Positions 18,994 through 29,009 of a stretch of 64,000 nucleotides of DNA are shown here, piece after piece. The DNA lies in contig JAHJJF010000097.1 in the NCBI GenBank assembly GCA_018823135.1, forward strand, positions 1,767 to 65,766, read 5' to 3'. A program made the position numbers and the translations under genes. Each line of letters opens with the position of its first letter. Positions within the stretch are counted from its first letter, which is position 1. Under the pieces are notes generated by a model. It made no database searches and was not told the origin of the DNA. It worked only from the letters and a program-made list of their open reading frames with translations. The stretch comes from Pseudomonadota bacterium. GTDB lineage: Bacteria; Desulfobacterota; Desulfobulbia; Desulfobulbales; CALZHT01.

Positions 18994-19030
18994 GGGCGGT
19001 GGGCTTTCTAAGCTCGCTGCCTTTTTTTTT
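18994..19030 (+). terminator. Rho-independent terminator after the giant gene
   Basis: GGCGGTGGGC-TTTCTAA-GCTCGCTGCC forms a 10-bp stem (including G-U pairs) and is followed by T9. It lies about 35 nt after the stop at 18958-18960. Confidence 0.7.
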
Positions 19031-19179
19031 CGATAAATTCATACATGTCATTCCAAAGGATTCCGGCTTTTTTCATTATAATTCGTGTTTTTATATGCAA
19101 AAAGACAGTTTGGATTGTTTGTATTTTCGTGATCACAAGTATATAGTGCGGATGGTTTTTAATTGGTGAGGAGGCATCC

Positions 19180-21324
19180 ATGAATAATGATTCATATCGT
19201 ATACCGGTAATCATATCTTTTTTGTTGGCCTTTTCGTTTGTAATTGCACAAGAGGGTAACGCGCAAAATCATTCCTCATTGCAGCTTGATTATCAGCAAG
19301 CCCTGGAGGTAAGACTGCCGTTTATAAAAAACATCCAGCCTGAAAACGACGGCATTGGATATATTGCAAAATTGTTTTCCGGCGCAGTTGCCGTTTATAA
19401 TAATGGATCCTTGACTTACTCTTTATCGCGCAAAGACAAACTTGGGTCGATTAACTATTTGTCTTTTCATGAAAACTTCAACAGGGCGGTATCTGTCGGC
19501 ATTGTTGCGCAAGATAGATCCGCCATACAGCTCAGCAGCTATATGGGGTCTGACCCGGAAAACTGGAATGAGGAAATACCTTCTTTTCAAAAACTGGTTA
19601 TCAAGGATATTTATCCGGGCATACAGCTTGAGCTTCTTGCCTACGGAGATTCAATTGAAAAGATTTTCCACCTGCAACCGGGAGCTCAATGGCATGCGAT
19701 CAATGTGACAATTGACGGGGCGGATTTAAGTATAAACAAAGAAGGCGAGCTTGAAATTAATTCCAATAATGCGCGCGCCCTTTTTTCAAAGCCCATTGCC
19801 TACCAGTTATTAAACAACAAAAAACACCCCGTTGATATTTCGTATGTAATTTCCGGAAACACTTATGGATTTCATGTGGGTGATTACGATCCGCAACATG
19901 AGTTGGTGATTGATCCGAGACTGACCGCCGTGCTGCTCGGACCTGCGGAAATGTATTTTTGGGAAATACCCTTTTCAGGAATAAGCGGCGATTCCGCCGG
20001 AAACATATTTATTGCCGGACTTACTTCTTCTGCTGATTTTCCATCAACCCCAAACAGCTACAACACCAAAGTACATATTGGCTCAAGTGATCTCTTTATT
20101 GCCAAATTCGATAAAGACCTCAAAAATCTTCTCGCTGTTACCTTTATCGGCGGCAAGGGTATCGACTGGTGTCGTTCCTTGTCCATTGACAAGGATGGCG
20201 ATGTCTATGTTGCCGGCATGACCGCATCAGCTGATTTTCCTGTCACAAAAACCGCCTACGACCAGAAATTCAATGGGATGTCTGAAGGATTTATCGTCCG
20301 TTTTGATAATGAACTCCGGAACCTTAAAGCATCAAGCCTTGTCAACATAGAGGAAGTGTTTTATGTGACAACACCGGGAAACGGCCAGGTCTATTTTGCC
20401 GGAAGCACATTAATATCCGGCGCTGATCAGTTGCTTTTCCCAAAGGGTTCTTTGTATGACACTACGCTCAACGGCAAGGGGGATGCCTTTATAGGAGTGA
20501 TGGATACAGACCTCAAGACTATGGTCTACGCGACCCTGATCGGTGGCAGTGATACTGATTTGGCGACTTTTCTTGCCGTGGATATCGATGGTTTTATTTA
20601 TGCCGGCGGAGAAACCAGGTCAAAGGATTTTCCGGTTTCGGATAAGGCCTTTGATCGTAAACATTCCGGAGAAGAAGATATCTTTATTGCTAAATTTACA
20701 AGCCAGCTTTCAAAGCTTGAATCCGCAACTCTCTTCGGAGGGTCCGGCCGGGAAATGCTTCGAGGCATGGTTCGCGATGATAAAAACAATTGCTATATAA
20801 CAGGTTTTACCAGTTCAGAATCCCTGTCGAAATTTAAAAGCGGTTTTGATACAACGTATAACGGCGGCGAAGGTGATGGGTTTGTTGCAATGTTTGACGA
20901 TTCCCTGCATGCCTTATCCGGTTTCACCTATCTCGGCGGCAAGCAGAGGGATTCCGGACATGGAATTTCGCTCATGATACTGGAGGATTGGGGGAAGAGC
21001 GTTGTGGTGACCGGCGACACCGAGTCGGTCAATTTTCCTGCTACAAAAAACGCCTACGATTCATCATATAACAATGGCCGCGGGGATATTTTTCTGACCA
21101 TTCTGGACCCTTATTTAACCGAAATAAGATACAGTACGTTTCTCGGAGGAAAAGGCATTGATCGGGTCCCGGTGATTTTTGACACTCCGGGAAAGATTTA
21201 CATCAGCGGCATAACCGATTCGGATGATTTTGCATCTTCCCCTGGGACTGTTCGATCAATGGGAAGAAGCGATACATATAATTTTTTTGTTCTTGGCCTG
21301 GAAAAAAGCCAACTGAAAAGGTAG
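19180..21324 (+). CDS. Secreted SBBP beta-propeller repeat protein
   Basis: A GGAGG Shine-Dalgarno sequence precedes the ATG. The signal peptide is IPVIISFLLAFSFVIAQEGNAQ. About 7 repeats have the form G.D....I..D..GN.Y.AG.T.S.DFP.T..AYD........D.F..K. Confidence 0.8.
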   Translation: MNNDSYRIPVIISFLLAFSFVIAQEGNAQNHSSLQLDYQQALEVRLPFIKNIQPENDGIGYIAKLFSGAVAVYNNGSLTYSLSRKDKLGSINYLSFHENFNRAVSVGIVAQDRSAIQLSSYMGSDPENWNEEIPSFQKLVIKDIYPGIQLELLAYGDSIEKIFHLQPGAQWHAINVTIDGADLSINKEGELEINSNNARALFSKPIAYQLLNNKKHPVDISYVISGNTYGFHVGDYDPQHELVIDPRLTAVLLGPAEMYFWEIPFSGISGDSAGNIFIAGLTSSADFPSTPNSYNTKVHIGSSDLFIAKFDKDLKNLLAVTFIGGKGIDWCRSLSIDKDGDVYVAGMTASADFPVTKTAYDQKFNGMSEGFIVRFDNELRNLKASSLVNIEEVFYVTTPGNGQVYFAGSTLISGADQLLFPKGSLYDTTLNGKGDAFIGVMDTDLKTMVYATLIGGSDTDLATFLAVDIDGFIYAGGETRSKDFPVSDKAFDRKHSGEEDIFIAKFTSQLSKLESATLFGGSGREMLRGMVRDDKNNCYITGFTSSESLSKFKSGFDTTYNGGEGDGFVAMFDDSLHALSGFTYLGGKQRDSGHGISLMILEDWGKSVVVTGDTESVNFPATKNAYDSSYNNGRGDIFLTILDPYLTEIRYSTFLGGKGIDRVPVIFDTPGKIYISGITDSDDFASSPGTVRSMGRSDTYNFFVLGLEKSQLKR

Positions 21325-21495
21325 CTTGAACCAAAAAACAATTTTCTTCATCCTGTGTTATTTGCTGCAGGAAATTTGTTTTTTGCACAATAGTTATTAT
21401 AATTTAAGAGAACTGTTGGAATCCGGCTTCAAAAAAATATGTTTTAACTGTTCAGATGGTTCAATAGAATTCCTCTCCTTAGGTAATGAAATAAC

Positions 21496-22389
21496 ATGCC
21501 CTTGAAACAATCCATTCTCTCATGCTTTTTGTCAGTGTTGGTCTGCGCGTCGGTATCCGCTCAGGAACAGTCGGTTCAACCGTCGACATTAGTAGAAGTT
21601 TCCGGCAGGCTGATGATTGACGGAGTGAGACCTTTGCCCGGCGGTATGGTCTCCTTCTTTGACATTAATAGTGGCCCGCCGCCCAATTACGGCAATGTCC
21701 GGAGAATTCCCGACCTGGTTGACATGGTGAATCCCGAAGGCGAGTTTAACCTTCAGATTATCAGTGGCAAGTATTATCTCGGTTCAATGGAAAGGGATTT
21801 GCGTATGGGGCCCGGGCCTCCTGGACCTGGCGACAAGTTTTACTTTGCAGTTTCCGAAGACAATAAAATGAAGGTCGTTGAAATCATCGGCGGACAGATG
21901 AATAATCTTGGGGAAATCCGTGTCTCGCCCCCTGAGAAATTTGAGGAATTCAAGAGTTCTTTTACCATAGAGGGCACGGTCAGTGACGAACAGGGCAAAC
22001 CTTTTGTCGGCGCACTGGTCATGATAAAGGCAAATCCTGATTCAAATCGACCCGACCTGATCTCCATACCCACTGATGAGCAGGGTAAATATAGCATTAA
22101 ACTGCCAGCAGGATTATCGTATTATCTTGTTGCCAAAGAAAGGATCACACCGGGACGTCCCCAGACCGGCCTTTCCGTCGGCACATATGGTGGTCCTCCG
22201 GATGACGCCGGTGCGTTCAGCGGACAACCTGCCGGCGGAGTTATTCCGGTTCCAGTCACTGGAAAAGATAAAGAAACACTGCAAAACATTGATATCACGA
22301 TGTTCAAGGTCCCCGAACCTGGAACCCGTAGAAACCAGTTTCTCGAAGATGTCGACCCTCCAGGGAAATATGAAAACTTGATCGATTGA
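21496..22389 (+). CDS. Secreted protein with carboxypeptidase-regulatory-like (transthyretin-like) beta-sandwich domains
   Basis: The signal peptide is LSCFLSVLVCASVSAQE. The segment IEGTVSDEQGKPFVGALVMI...TDEQGKYSIKLPAGLSYYLVA is typical of CarboxypepD_reg folds. Confidence 0.6.
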   Translation: MPLKQSILSCFLSVLVCASVSAQEQSVQPSTLVEVSGRLMIDGVRPLPGGMVSFFDINSGPPPNYGNVRRIPDLVDMVNPEGEFNLQIISGKYYLGSMERDLRMGPGPPGPGDKFYFAVSEDNKMKVVEIIGGQMNNLGEIRVSPPEKFEEFKSSFTIEGTVSDEQGKPFVGALVMIKANPDSNRPDLISIPTDEQGKYSIKLPAGLSYYLVAKERITPGRPQTGLSVGTYGGPPDDAGAFSGQPAGGVIPVPVTGKDKETLQNIDITMFKVPEPGTRRNQFLEDVDPPGKYENLID

Positions 22390-22390
22390 C

Positions 22391-22915
22391 ATGGATAAAC
22401 TTGACAAGGTCTCATCAATCATCATCATCTTTTTGATTCTCTGGGGTGGTTTTCTTACAGCCAGGGAAATATCATCGCCACGCAAAGCAGATGCAGCGCG
22501 TGACCAACAGAAAGCGCTGGCAAATTTCTACAACCCTGAGCTCAGCAATAAACTCAAGGTCGCCGGGAACCTCCTCATAAATAATAGTCTTGATAAGGCA
22601 GAAGAACTCATTAAAAGTCTTGTTGCTGATTTTCCATATGACGGTAGACCACATATGCTCTTTGCTGATCTTTACATGCGGAAATTTCAACCGATTTCAG
22701 CAATGTACGAATTTCAAAACGGCGTAGATCTCAATCCTGATTTCCTGGACAAGAAAACCGCTCTTTTCCAGGGAAAAAAGATTCGTGTGAGCCTTGAGGA
22801 AGCCAAAGCCGCAATCGATAAAATTCAGAATGAAGATGCCGCTAATCCTGATATGAAACAACACCGGAAGACTTATTACTACATGAAGAGAAAAATTGCC
22901 GGGAGCTGCGGTTAG
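22391..22915 (+). CDS. N-terminally anchored TPR-like protein, function unknown
   Basis: The gene starts 1 nt after the upstream stop. It has one N-terminal hydrophobic helix and a helical TPR-like segment (ADLYMRKFQPISAMYEFQNGVDLNPDF). The C-terminus ends in GSCG. Confidence 0.5.
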   Translation: MDKLDKVSSIIIIFLILWGGFLTAREISSPRKADAARDQQKALANFYNPELSNKLKVAGNLLINNSLDKAEELIKSLVADFPYDGRPHMLFADLYMRKFQPISAMYEFQNGVDLNPDFLDKKTALFQGKKIRVSLEEAKAAIDKIQNEDAANPDMKQHRKTYYYMKRKIAGSCG

Positions 22916-22920
22916 CAATA

Positions 22921-24036
22921 ATGGAAAAAATACCAGTCCATAAATTCATATTAATGGGGGCGGTCATCGGCATCGGCTCGCTGACCCTTTCCTATTATGG
23001 AAATCCTGCCAATACAGGTATTTGCGCCTCGTGTTTTCTTGAAAATGTCGCCGGCGCCATCGGCTTGCATAATGATGTCCGCATGCAATATCTCCGTCCT
23101 GAAATCCTGGGTTTTGTGCTTGGGGCCTTCGCCTTTTCTCTCTATCGTCGTGAGTTCCATGCCATTGGTGGCAGTTCACCTCTTTTGCGATTTTTAATAG
23201 GAATCCTGCTGATTATCGGGTGCTCGATTTTTATCGGCTGTCCGGTAAAGATGGTACTCAAGCTTGCCGCAGGCGATATTTCTGCTATCGTCGGATTCGT
23301 GGGTCTTGTTGCCGGAGTGTATATCGGTCTTGAATTCGTTGAAAACGGTTTTCAACTTGGAGTGGCTAGCCCCGTTCCCCGGGCAAACGGTTTTATCATT
23401 CCAGGGATCATGCTCTTTTTACTGATGCTTGCAATCATCGATCCATCGTTTATAGCCAAAAGTACCAAAGGCGCCGCTGCCCAATATGCTCCATTTCTTC
23501 TGTCGCTTGGTATTGGTCTGCTTGTCGGTGGCTTTGCGCAGCACACCCAATTTTGTATCACCGGCGGCATTGCACGGATCTTTCTGTGGGGCCCACGTGA
23601 AATAATGAATTGTCCCCGTTCAACCGGACTGCTGATCAGCATTGCATCTTTTTTCAGTTTTGCCCTTGTCTCCAGCCTTTTAACCGGTCAATTCAATTTC
23701 GGTCTTCACGGTCAGCCAAGTTCAAACGAAAGTTACGGCTGGGCATTCCTGGGGATGCTGATGGTTGGATTCGGCTCAGTACTGATCAGGGGATGCCCTC
23801 TTCGCCAACTGGTGGCCGCCGGACAAGGTGATAATGATGCCGGTGTTACAGTGATGGGGATGCTGGTCGGTGCAGCCATAGTCCAGAACTGGCAGCTTGG
23901 CGGCACTGTTGCCGGAACCCCGATATCAGGCCAGATCGCCATCATTTTTGGTATCTGCCTGCTGTTTGCCATCGGCCTCCTGAACCGGAAAAGAGGCTAT
24001 GGCATCGCCCCTGAATATCAGACCGGACTTGATTGA
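22921..24036 (+). CDS. YedE/YeeE-family membrane protein (putative selenium/sulfur-compound transporter)
   Basis: The protein is polytopic. Its motifs YGNPANTGICASCFLENVAGAIGLH...YLRPEILGFVLGAF...GGSSPLLRF...GCPVKM and a second-half IRGCPLRQL match my recollection of the YedE-family putative selenium transporter group. Confidence 0.65.
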   Translation: MEKIPVHKFILMGAVIGIGSLTLSYYGNPANTGICASCFLENVAGAIGLHNDVRMQYLRPEILGFVLGAFAFSLYRREFHAIGGSSPLLRFLIGILLIIGCSIFIGCPVKMVLKLAAGDISAIVGFVGLVAGVYIGLEFVENGFQLGVASPVPRANGFIIPGIMLFLLMLAIIDPSFIAKSTKGAAAQYAPFLLSLGIGLLVGGFAQHTQFCITGGIARIFLWGPREIMNCPRSTGLLISIASFFSFALVSSLLTGQFNFGLHGQPSSNESYGWAFLGMLMVGFGSVLIRGCPLRQLVAAGQGDNDAGVTVMGMLVGAAIVQNWQLGGTVAGTPISGQIAIIFGICLLFAIGLLNRKRGYGIAPEYQTGLD

Positions 24037-24096
24037 TTTATATACCAAATCGTAATCAATAGCCCGACACACTCAAATCATTGGATACCAAAAATA

Positions 24097-25080
24097 ATGT
24101 CTGACAGATCAAAAAAATCCTCCGTACTGCTTCTGGCACTATTTTTTTTCCTATCATCCGGTTGTGCTCAAGAAAAAGCCATTGAAATCGGCAAAACAAC
24201 CCTTGAAAAGGATACCACCTGGAGCGGGGTGGTCGTAGTCAGCGGCGATGTCTATGTGCCGCCGGGAATCACCCTGACCATCAAACCCGGAACCATGGTC
24301 AAATTCAAACGGATCGGTGAGCAAAGCGATCAGAATCTTTTTGTCCCGGACTCACCGTATTATCCCGAAGCCGAACTCATTGTCAGAGGTAAACTCATCG
24401 CTCGCGGCACCCTGAAGCAGAAAGTGGTGTTTACCTCAGCAGAACTCAATCCGCGTGCTAAAGACTGGGGGGCAATCAATTTTCTCGGCAGTGAGGGTAA
24501 TATAATCGAGCACGCTAAAATTCTCTGCGCCTATAACGGAGTTCATGCCCATGGCTCAAGCGTAACGATTTCTTACAGCGAATTTGCCAAAAACGGCGTT
24601 GCCGTCAGTTTCAAAAAAGAAGAAGAAACCCCTGATGCTCCATGGTTTGGGAAAATGTCTGATGTGACGATTACCGACAGTTTGCTTTCTGGAAACAAAG
24701 GGGGGATAGGTTATCGTAACTCAAAAGCGCAGATCCTTCGCAACATAATCAGAGATAATAAGTTTTTTGGAATCTGGCCCAAGGAAGACGTTGAATCAGT
24801 AATCCGCCACAACGACATCACTGAAAACGGCAGAGGAATCTACCTCTACCAGGCCCGCGGTGTGTTAATTGAAAACAATAATATCTTTGACAACCAGGAT
24901 TATAATATTGCCGTGGCCGAGGCCCAGGATTATCCGGTAAATGCCCGGAACAACTGGTTCGGCAACATCAAGGAGACTGAAATTGAGAACCTTCTCTATG
25001 ATAAACAGGAAGATCATGACGTGGCTGAGATTCAGTATAAACCCGTACTGGCAGACCGGGTTCACTGGGAGAAGCGTTAA
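24097..25080 (+). CDS. Secreted, possibly lipoprotein, right-handed parallel beta-helix protein (NosD/CASH-like)
   Basis: A signal peptide ends in FLSSGC. PbH1-type turns are stacked: ITDSLLSGNKGGIGY..., ILRNIIRDNKFFGIW, IRHNDITENGRGIYLY and LIENNNIFDNQDYNIAV. Confidence 0.7.
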   Translation: MSDRSKKSSVLLLALFFFLSSGCAQEKAIEIGKTTLEKDTTWSGVVVVSGDVYVPPGITLTIKPGTMVKFKRIGEQSDQNLFVPDSPYYPEAELIVRGKLIARGTLKQKVVFTSAELNPRAKDWGAINFLGSEGNIIEHAKILCAYNGVHAHGSSVTISYSEFAKNGVAVSFKKEEETPDAPWFGKMSDVTITDSLLSGNKGGIGYRNSKAQILRNIIRDNKFFGIWPKEDVESVIRHNDITENGRGIYLYQARGVLIENNNIFDNQDYNIAVAEAQDYPVNARNNWFGNIKETEIENLLYDKQEDHDVAEIQYKPVLADRVHWEKR

Positions 25081-26357
25081 TGTCTTCGGAACAGCGCGTT
25101 GCCTGGTTGACCGGTTTTTCTCATCTGATAACCCATGGCTATATGACGCTTTTGCCCGCGTTACTTGTGGCAATAGCCAGTGAGCATTCGATTAACTTCA
25201 CAACTCTCGGGATTATCGCCAACATTTCTTATTTCTTATACGGCCTTGGGGCAATCCCGGCAGGATATCTGGCGGACAAAATCGGTTCAAAGAGGATGCT
25301 TTCCATCGGCATTCTCGGCATGGCACTGTCATCACTGTTTGTCGGTTTTTCTGTCGGCATTGCTGGTTTTGCAGTTTCCTATGCGCTTTTAGGTGTTTTT
25401 GCCAGCATCCATCATCCGGCCGGATTATCTTTAATCGCCAGACGGATTAATGAAAGAAAGGGGAGGGCGCTTGGTTTTCATGGCCTTCTGGGGAATGTCG
25501 GTCTGTTCCTGGCGCCTCTGGCTGCAAGCGCCTGCGTGATGATTACCGGAACCTGGAGGGCGGGATATATCACCTTTGGTCTAGCCGGCTTAGTGTTTTT
25601 CATAATTATTTATTTAACTGAAATACCTCAGGAACCGAATTTAAGTCTTTCATCAATCTTTGGCGGAAAAACAAAAGAATCAGCTTCTCCTGCCCCTCAG
25701 CCGGTGGATCATCAAGAAGCACACCAGGTGCCGCAGCCATTCTCACTACCCATTGCCCTGATTGCCCTCCTGGCGGGAAGCATCCTGTCCGGCTTTATTT
25801 TCCGGGGATCGCTGACCTTTTTCCCAACACTTTTTCAGCAGGAAATAAGCGCAATTGCCAATAACGATCATGGCCCGATCCTTGCCGGTTATCTGACAAC
25901 CGCAGTGCTGTCGCTGGGATTTTTCAGCGCATGGTTTGGAGGATACATCACCGATAAACTCAAAAGACCTGAACTTTTCCCGGCACTCATTTTTTTGCTG
26001 GTTGCGCCGATTCTCTATTGTATAAGCCGATTTTCCGAATATCCGCTTATTGCCTCAAGCGCATTTTTCAGCCTGATATATTATGCCTGGCAACCTTCCC
26101 AGAATTATCTTATTGCTAAATATACCAGAAAGGCATCCCACGGTATTGGTTTCGGGGTGAATTTCTTCCTGCTTTTCGGGATGGGATCCGCAGCAACCGC
26201 AGTAGGTGGATACATTGCCGATGATTATACCATTGACCTCTTTTATTTCATCATGTCGGTGATCGCAGCAATTGCAATGCTTGTGGCGTTTTCAGTCTAC
26301 TTTTCACGGAAATGGATTGTCAAATTCCCTTTCCAACTGGTCAGGGAAAAAGAATAG
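25080..26357 (+). CDS. MFS transporter
   Basis: The start overlaps the upstream stop by 1 nt (TAATG). The protein has about 12 hydrophobic helices with a central hydrophilic loop and an MFS-type G...DK.G.KR motif (GYLADKIGSKRM). Confidence 0.75.
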   Translation: MSSEQRVAWLTGFSHLITHGYMTLLPALLVAIASEHSINFTTLGIIANISYFLYGLGAIPAGYLADKIGSKRMLSIGILGMALSSLFVGFSVGIAGFAVSYALLGVFASIHHPAGLSLIARRINERKGRALGFHGLLGNVGLFLAPLAASACVMITGTWRAGYITFGLAGLVFFIIIYLTEIPQEPNLSLSSIFGGKTKESASPAPQPVDHQEAHQVPQPFSLPIALIALLAGSILSGFIFRGSLTFFPTLFQQEISAIANNDHGPILAGYLTTAVLSLGFFSAWFGGYITDKLKRPELFPALIFLLVAPILYCISRFSEYPLIASSAFFSLIYYAWQPSQNYLIAKYTRKASHGIGFGVNFFLLFGMGSAATAVGGYIADDYTIDLFYFIMSVIAAIAMLVAFSVYFSRKWIVKFPFQLVREKE

Positions 26358-26398
26358 TACCATTTGATGCCATCTTTCTTTGATCTGCACCGGGTTTT

Positions 26399-28132
26399 CT
26401 ATGCCGTATCTTCTTTAACCTTGGCTTTTTCTTCCTCGATGATTTCTTTCATGTCCATGGCCCGGTCAAAATCGTTGACCTGATTTGAGGTGAGCAGCAA
26501 ATCTTTGAGGCTGAAAATCTGCAGTCTGCAGGTCTGGGTAAATAACCGGTTCACCAGCAACAAAGAGGAAATCTCCATTTCCTGGATTTTCTTTTCGTAT
26601 ACTGCCGCCATAGTTGCTTTGATGAAGCGCTTGTCATCTTCCTCAATGAGCACATATCGGGTCAGCAGTCTTCTGTATTGCTCTTCTTTATTTTCCATGA
26701 GCAGAATGCGGTTCATGTCATGATACAGTTCGAGTATTCGTTTGCGGAAGGATTTGTATTGCGCATTCAGATAAATATTTTCCGAGCTGTCGAACTCATC
26801 AAAATTATGACGAATCCCTTTGAAATTCTTGATTGAATTCATGATGTTTCTTGAAGCAAAAATAATCCGTTCAAGTTCCTTGACTTCATTTTCTTCCAAT
26901 TGTTGATTTTGTAACCTTGCATAAAAAGAAAAGATCTCCGCATGCAGGAGTTTGATATTTTCATACAGATCATCGGGGTTAAACTTTCTTTTTTTGTTGG
27001 CCTCAAAAGGGGTTTTAAGGTCAAAGACCAGTTTCTCATCGATGTTAAGGAGTCTGAGATTATAAAGTTGGCATTCCTGCAAGAGATGTTTGATTTCATT
27101 TCTGATTGCGGTGGTTGCCGCTTCTGGGACTTCCGTGGGAGTATTATTTATATAAACCGTCAGGATTGCTTTATGGTCAGGAAAAAGAATGATGAGCCGC
27201 CGCGCCAGGACACCGACAAAAGGATAAAAGAGGACAACCCCGATTATGTTGAATGTTGTATGAAAAAGAGCAAGCCCCATAACGCTGTTATTTTCAATGT
27301 CAAAAAAGAGTTTTACAAACCAGACAAAGGCTGGAAGAAATATAAAGGCGATAAGTCCTGTGATGATATTGAATGTCAAGTGGCTGAAACCAACGCGTTT
27401 TTTGGATTGAGTGCCGCCCATTGAGCCGAGCAATACGGTGATTGTCGTGCCGACATTTGCGCCGATGACCATTGCCAGGCCCATTTCAAAAGTGATCAGT
27501 TGACTGTTAAGAGCGGTGAGCACTATGACAATGCTCGCTGAGCTGGCTTGCATAAGCGCGGTGATAAGAATGCCCACCAACAGATAAACCCAGAGTCCGT
27601 AGTCATGAACAATGCTGAGATCAAAGCCTTTGGCAAAATTCTCGACACTGCCTTTCATGTAGTCCAGACCCAGGAACATGAATCCGAAACCTATCAATAA
27701 TCTGCAGAGATGAAAGGGTTTTGATGATTTATCAAAGAAAACAAGCCCTATGCCGCCGACGCCGACAAGAGGAAGGGCGAAGCTCTCAATTTTTAATTTA
27801 AAGCCGAGGGCCGCAATGATCCAGGCGGTAAAAGTCGAGCCGATATTCGACCCCATTATGACACCGATGGCATTTTCCATGGTCATAACACCGGCGCCGA
27901 CAAAGGCTAGAACCATAAGTGATACCGCAGAACTGCTTTGAAGAATTGCGGTCACAATGGTGCCGCTGCCGATGGCCCGCATTTTTCCATCGGTATAAAG
28001 TCTGATCAGGCGGCGGAATGCTTTGCCGGATAAGGCTTTCACCGAATCTTCAAGCTGGAATATCCCGTAAAGAAAGATTCCCAGGCCTGCCACTAATTTC
28101 CATACATCAAAAGTTCCTTCCATGTTCCTCAC
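26399..28132 (-). CDS. Na+/phosphate cotransporter family protein with a C-terminal PhoU-like helical region
   Basis: The Na_Pi_cotrans signatures are duplicated (IMGSNIGSTFTAW and VIGANVGTTITVLL). A long soluble helical C-terminal half follows. Confidence 0.8.
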   Translation of the reverse strand: MRNMEGTFDVWKLVAGLGIFLYGIFQLEDSVKALSGKAFRRLIRLYTDGKMRAIGSGTIVTAILQSSSAVSLMVLAFVGAGVMTMENAIGVIMGSNIGSTFTAWIIAALGFKLKIESFALPLVGVGGIGLVFFDKSSKPFHLCRLLIGFGFMFLGLDYMKGSVENFAKGFDLSIVHDYGLWVYLLVGILITALMQASSASIVIVLTALNSQLITFEMGLAMVIGANVGTTITVLLGSMGGTQSKKRVGFSHLTFNIITGLIAFIFLPAFVWFVKLFFDIENNSVMGLALFHTTFNIIGVVLFYPFVGVLARRLIILFPDHKAILTVYINNTPTEVPEAATTAIRNEIKHLLQECQLYNLRLLNIDEKLVFDLKTPFEANKKRKFNPDDLYENIKLLHAEIFSFYARLQNQQLEENEVKELERIIFASRNIMNSIKNFKGIRHNFDEFDSSENIYLNAQYKSFRKRILELYHDMNRILLMENKEEQYRRLLTRYVLIEEDDKRFIKATMAAVYEKKIQEMEISSLLLVNRLFTQTCRLQIFSLKDLLLTSNQVNDFDRAMDMKEIIEEEKAKVKEDTA

Positions 28133-28222
28133 TTCAATTCATAACTGAAAAAAAGATTTGTAATAGTAACTGAAAAATTATTCAGCCTTGTTTGTCATGA
28201 GATTACGTTGCTGTTAATGCAA

Positions 28223-28690
28223 CTAGCAAGAGCATTTTGCAATGACCTTAAACATATTATAATTAACAAGTATTTCCCCTTTACGAATTACTTCGCCGGA
28301 TTCCATATCTTTCGCCAGAATCGTTAGGATATGGCTGCCCGCATCAAGGTCTTTTTCCGAAGCTATATGGAAAATCATTTTCGCTTTGGCTCGTCGTCGG
28401 ACAACAGACACAGTCGTGTCTGAAAGGGTAATTCCTTTAAGATTGGCATGAATTCCTGCCAATTCAAAAGTGACACCTGAAATCCCATCATCAAGCTCGA
28501 ATTCAAAAGGAATTTCGATTTTCATCCCTGTGATTATTTGTACCGGGCTGCCCTGTTTTTCTGTGGAGGTATAACTGAATTGGGGATTATTCCTGTTCGT
28601 TGTGTTGACCTGTTTCGAAAAAACAAGAATACCGATAGCCAGGAAGGTGCCGCAACAGAGGGCTATTGTGGTTTTTATCTTTGATGACAT
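28223..28690 (-). CDS. Hypothetical N-terminally anchored protein
   Basis: The 155-aa ORF lies directly upstream of, and co-directional with, the Na/Pi cotransporter. It has an N-terminal TM helix (TIALCCGTFLAIGILVF) and a beta-rich remainder. I recognised no family. Confidence 0.5.
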   Translation of the reverse strand: MSSKIKTTIALCCGTFLAIGILVFSKQVNTTNRNNPQFSYTSTEKQGSPVQIITGMKIEIPFEFELDDGISGVTFELAGIHANLKGITLSDTTVSVVRRRAKAKMIFHIASEKDLDAGSHILTILAKDMESGEVIRKGEILVNYNMFKVIAKCSC

Positions 28691-28880
28691 TGATTTTGCA
28701 TCCTTGATATTTCAAATATTAAATATGGGGCGTGTGTCTTTCAGCGGTTTCTTCATAAAAGAACGAATAACATCAGATATCGGAATCAAGGATAGTAAAT
28801 AGTATTTATCAAACAATTAACATTTATTTCTGTACATTCTTTTTGTTTTGGTTCTAAGCTGAAGACAGGAGGACGCAGTC

Positions 28881-29009
28881 ATGTGGGAGTTTTTCTTGTT
28901 TATCGCTCTCGGTCCGATTGTTGCCTTGATCGCATATCGTATTTTGGAAGACCGGAGGCGAACAAAAGAACTAGATGATGTTTTGAGTAAGCGTAAGTTA
29001 ATTTACTGA
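28881..29009 (+). CDS. Small (42 aa) single-TM protein, candidate
   Basis: An ATG follows GGAGG at an 8-nt spacing. The peptide MWEFFLFIALGPIVALIAYRILEDRRRTKELDDVLSKRKLIY is a TM helix plus a charged tail. It is below the ORF-track length cutoff. Confidence 0.4.
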   Translation: MWEFFLFIALGPIVALIAYRILEDRRRTKELDDVLSKRKLIY

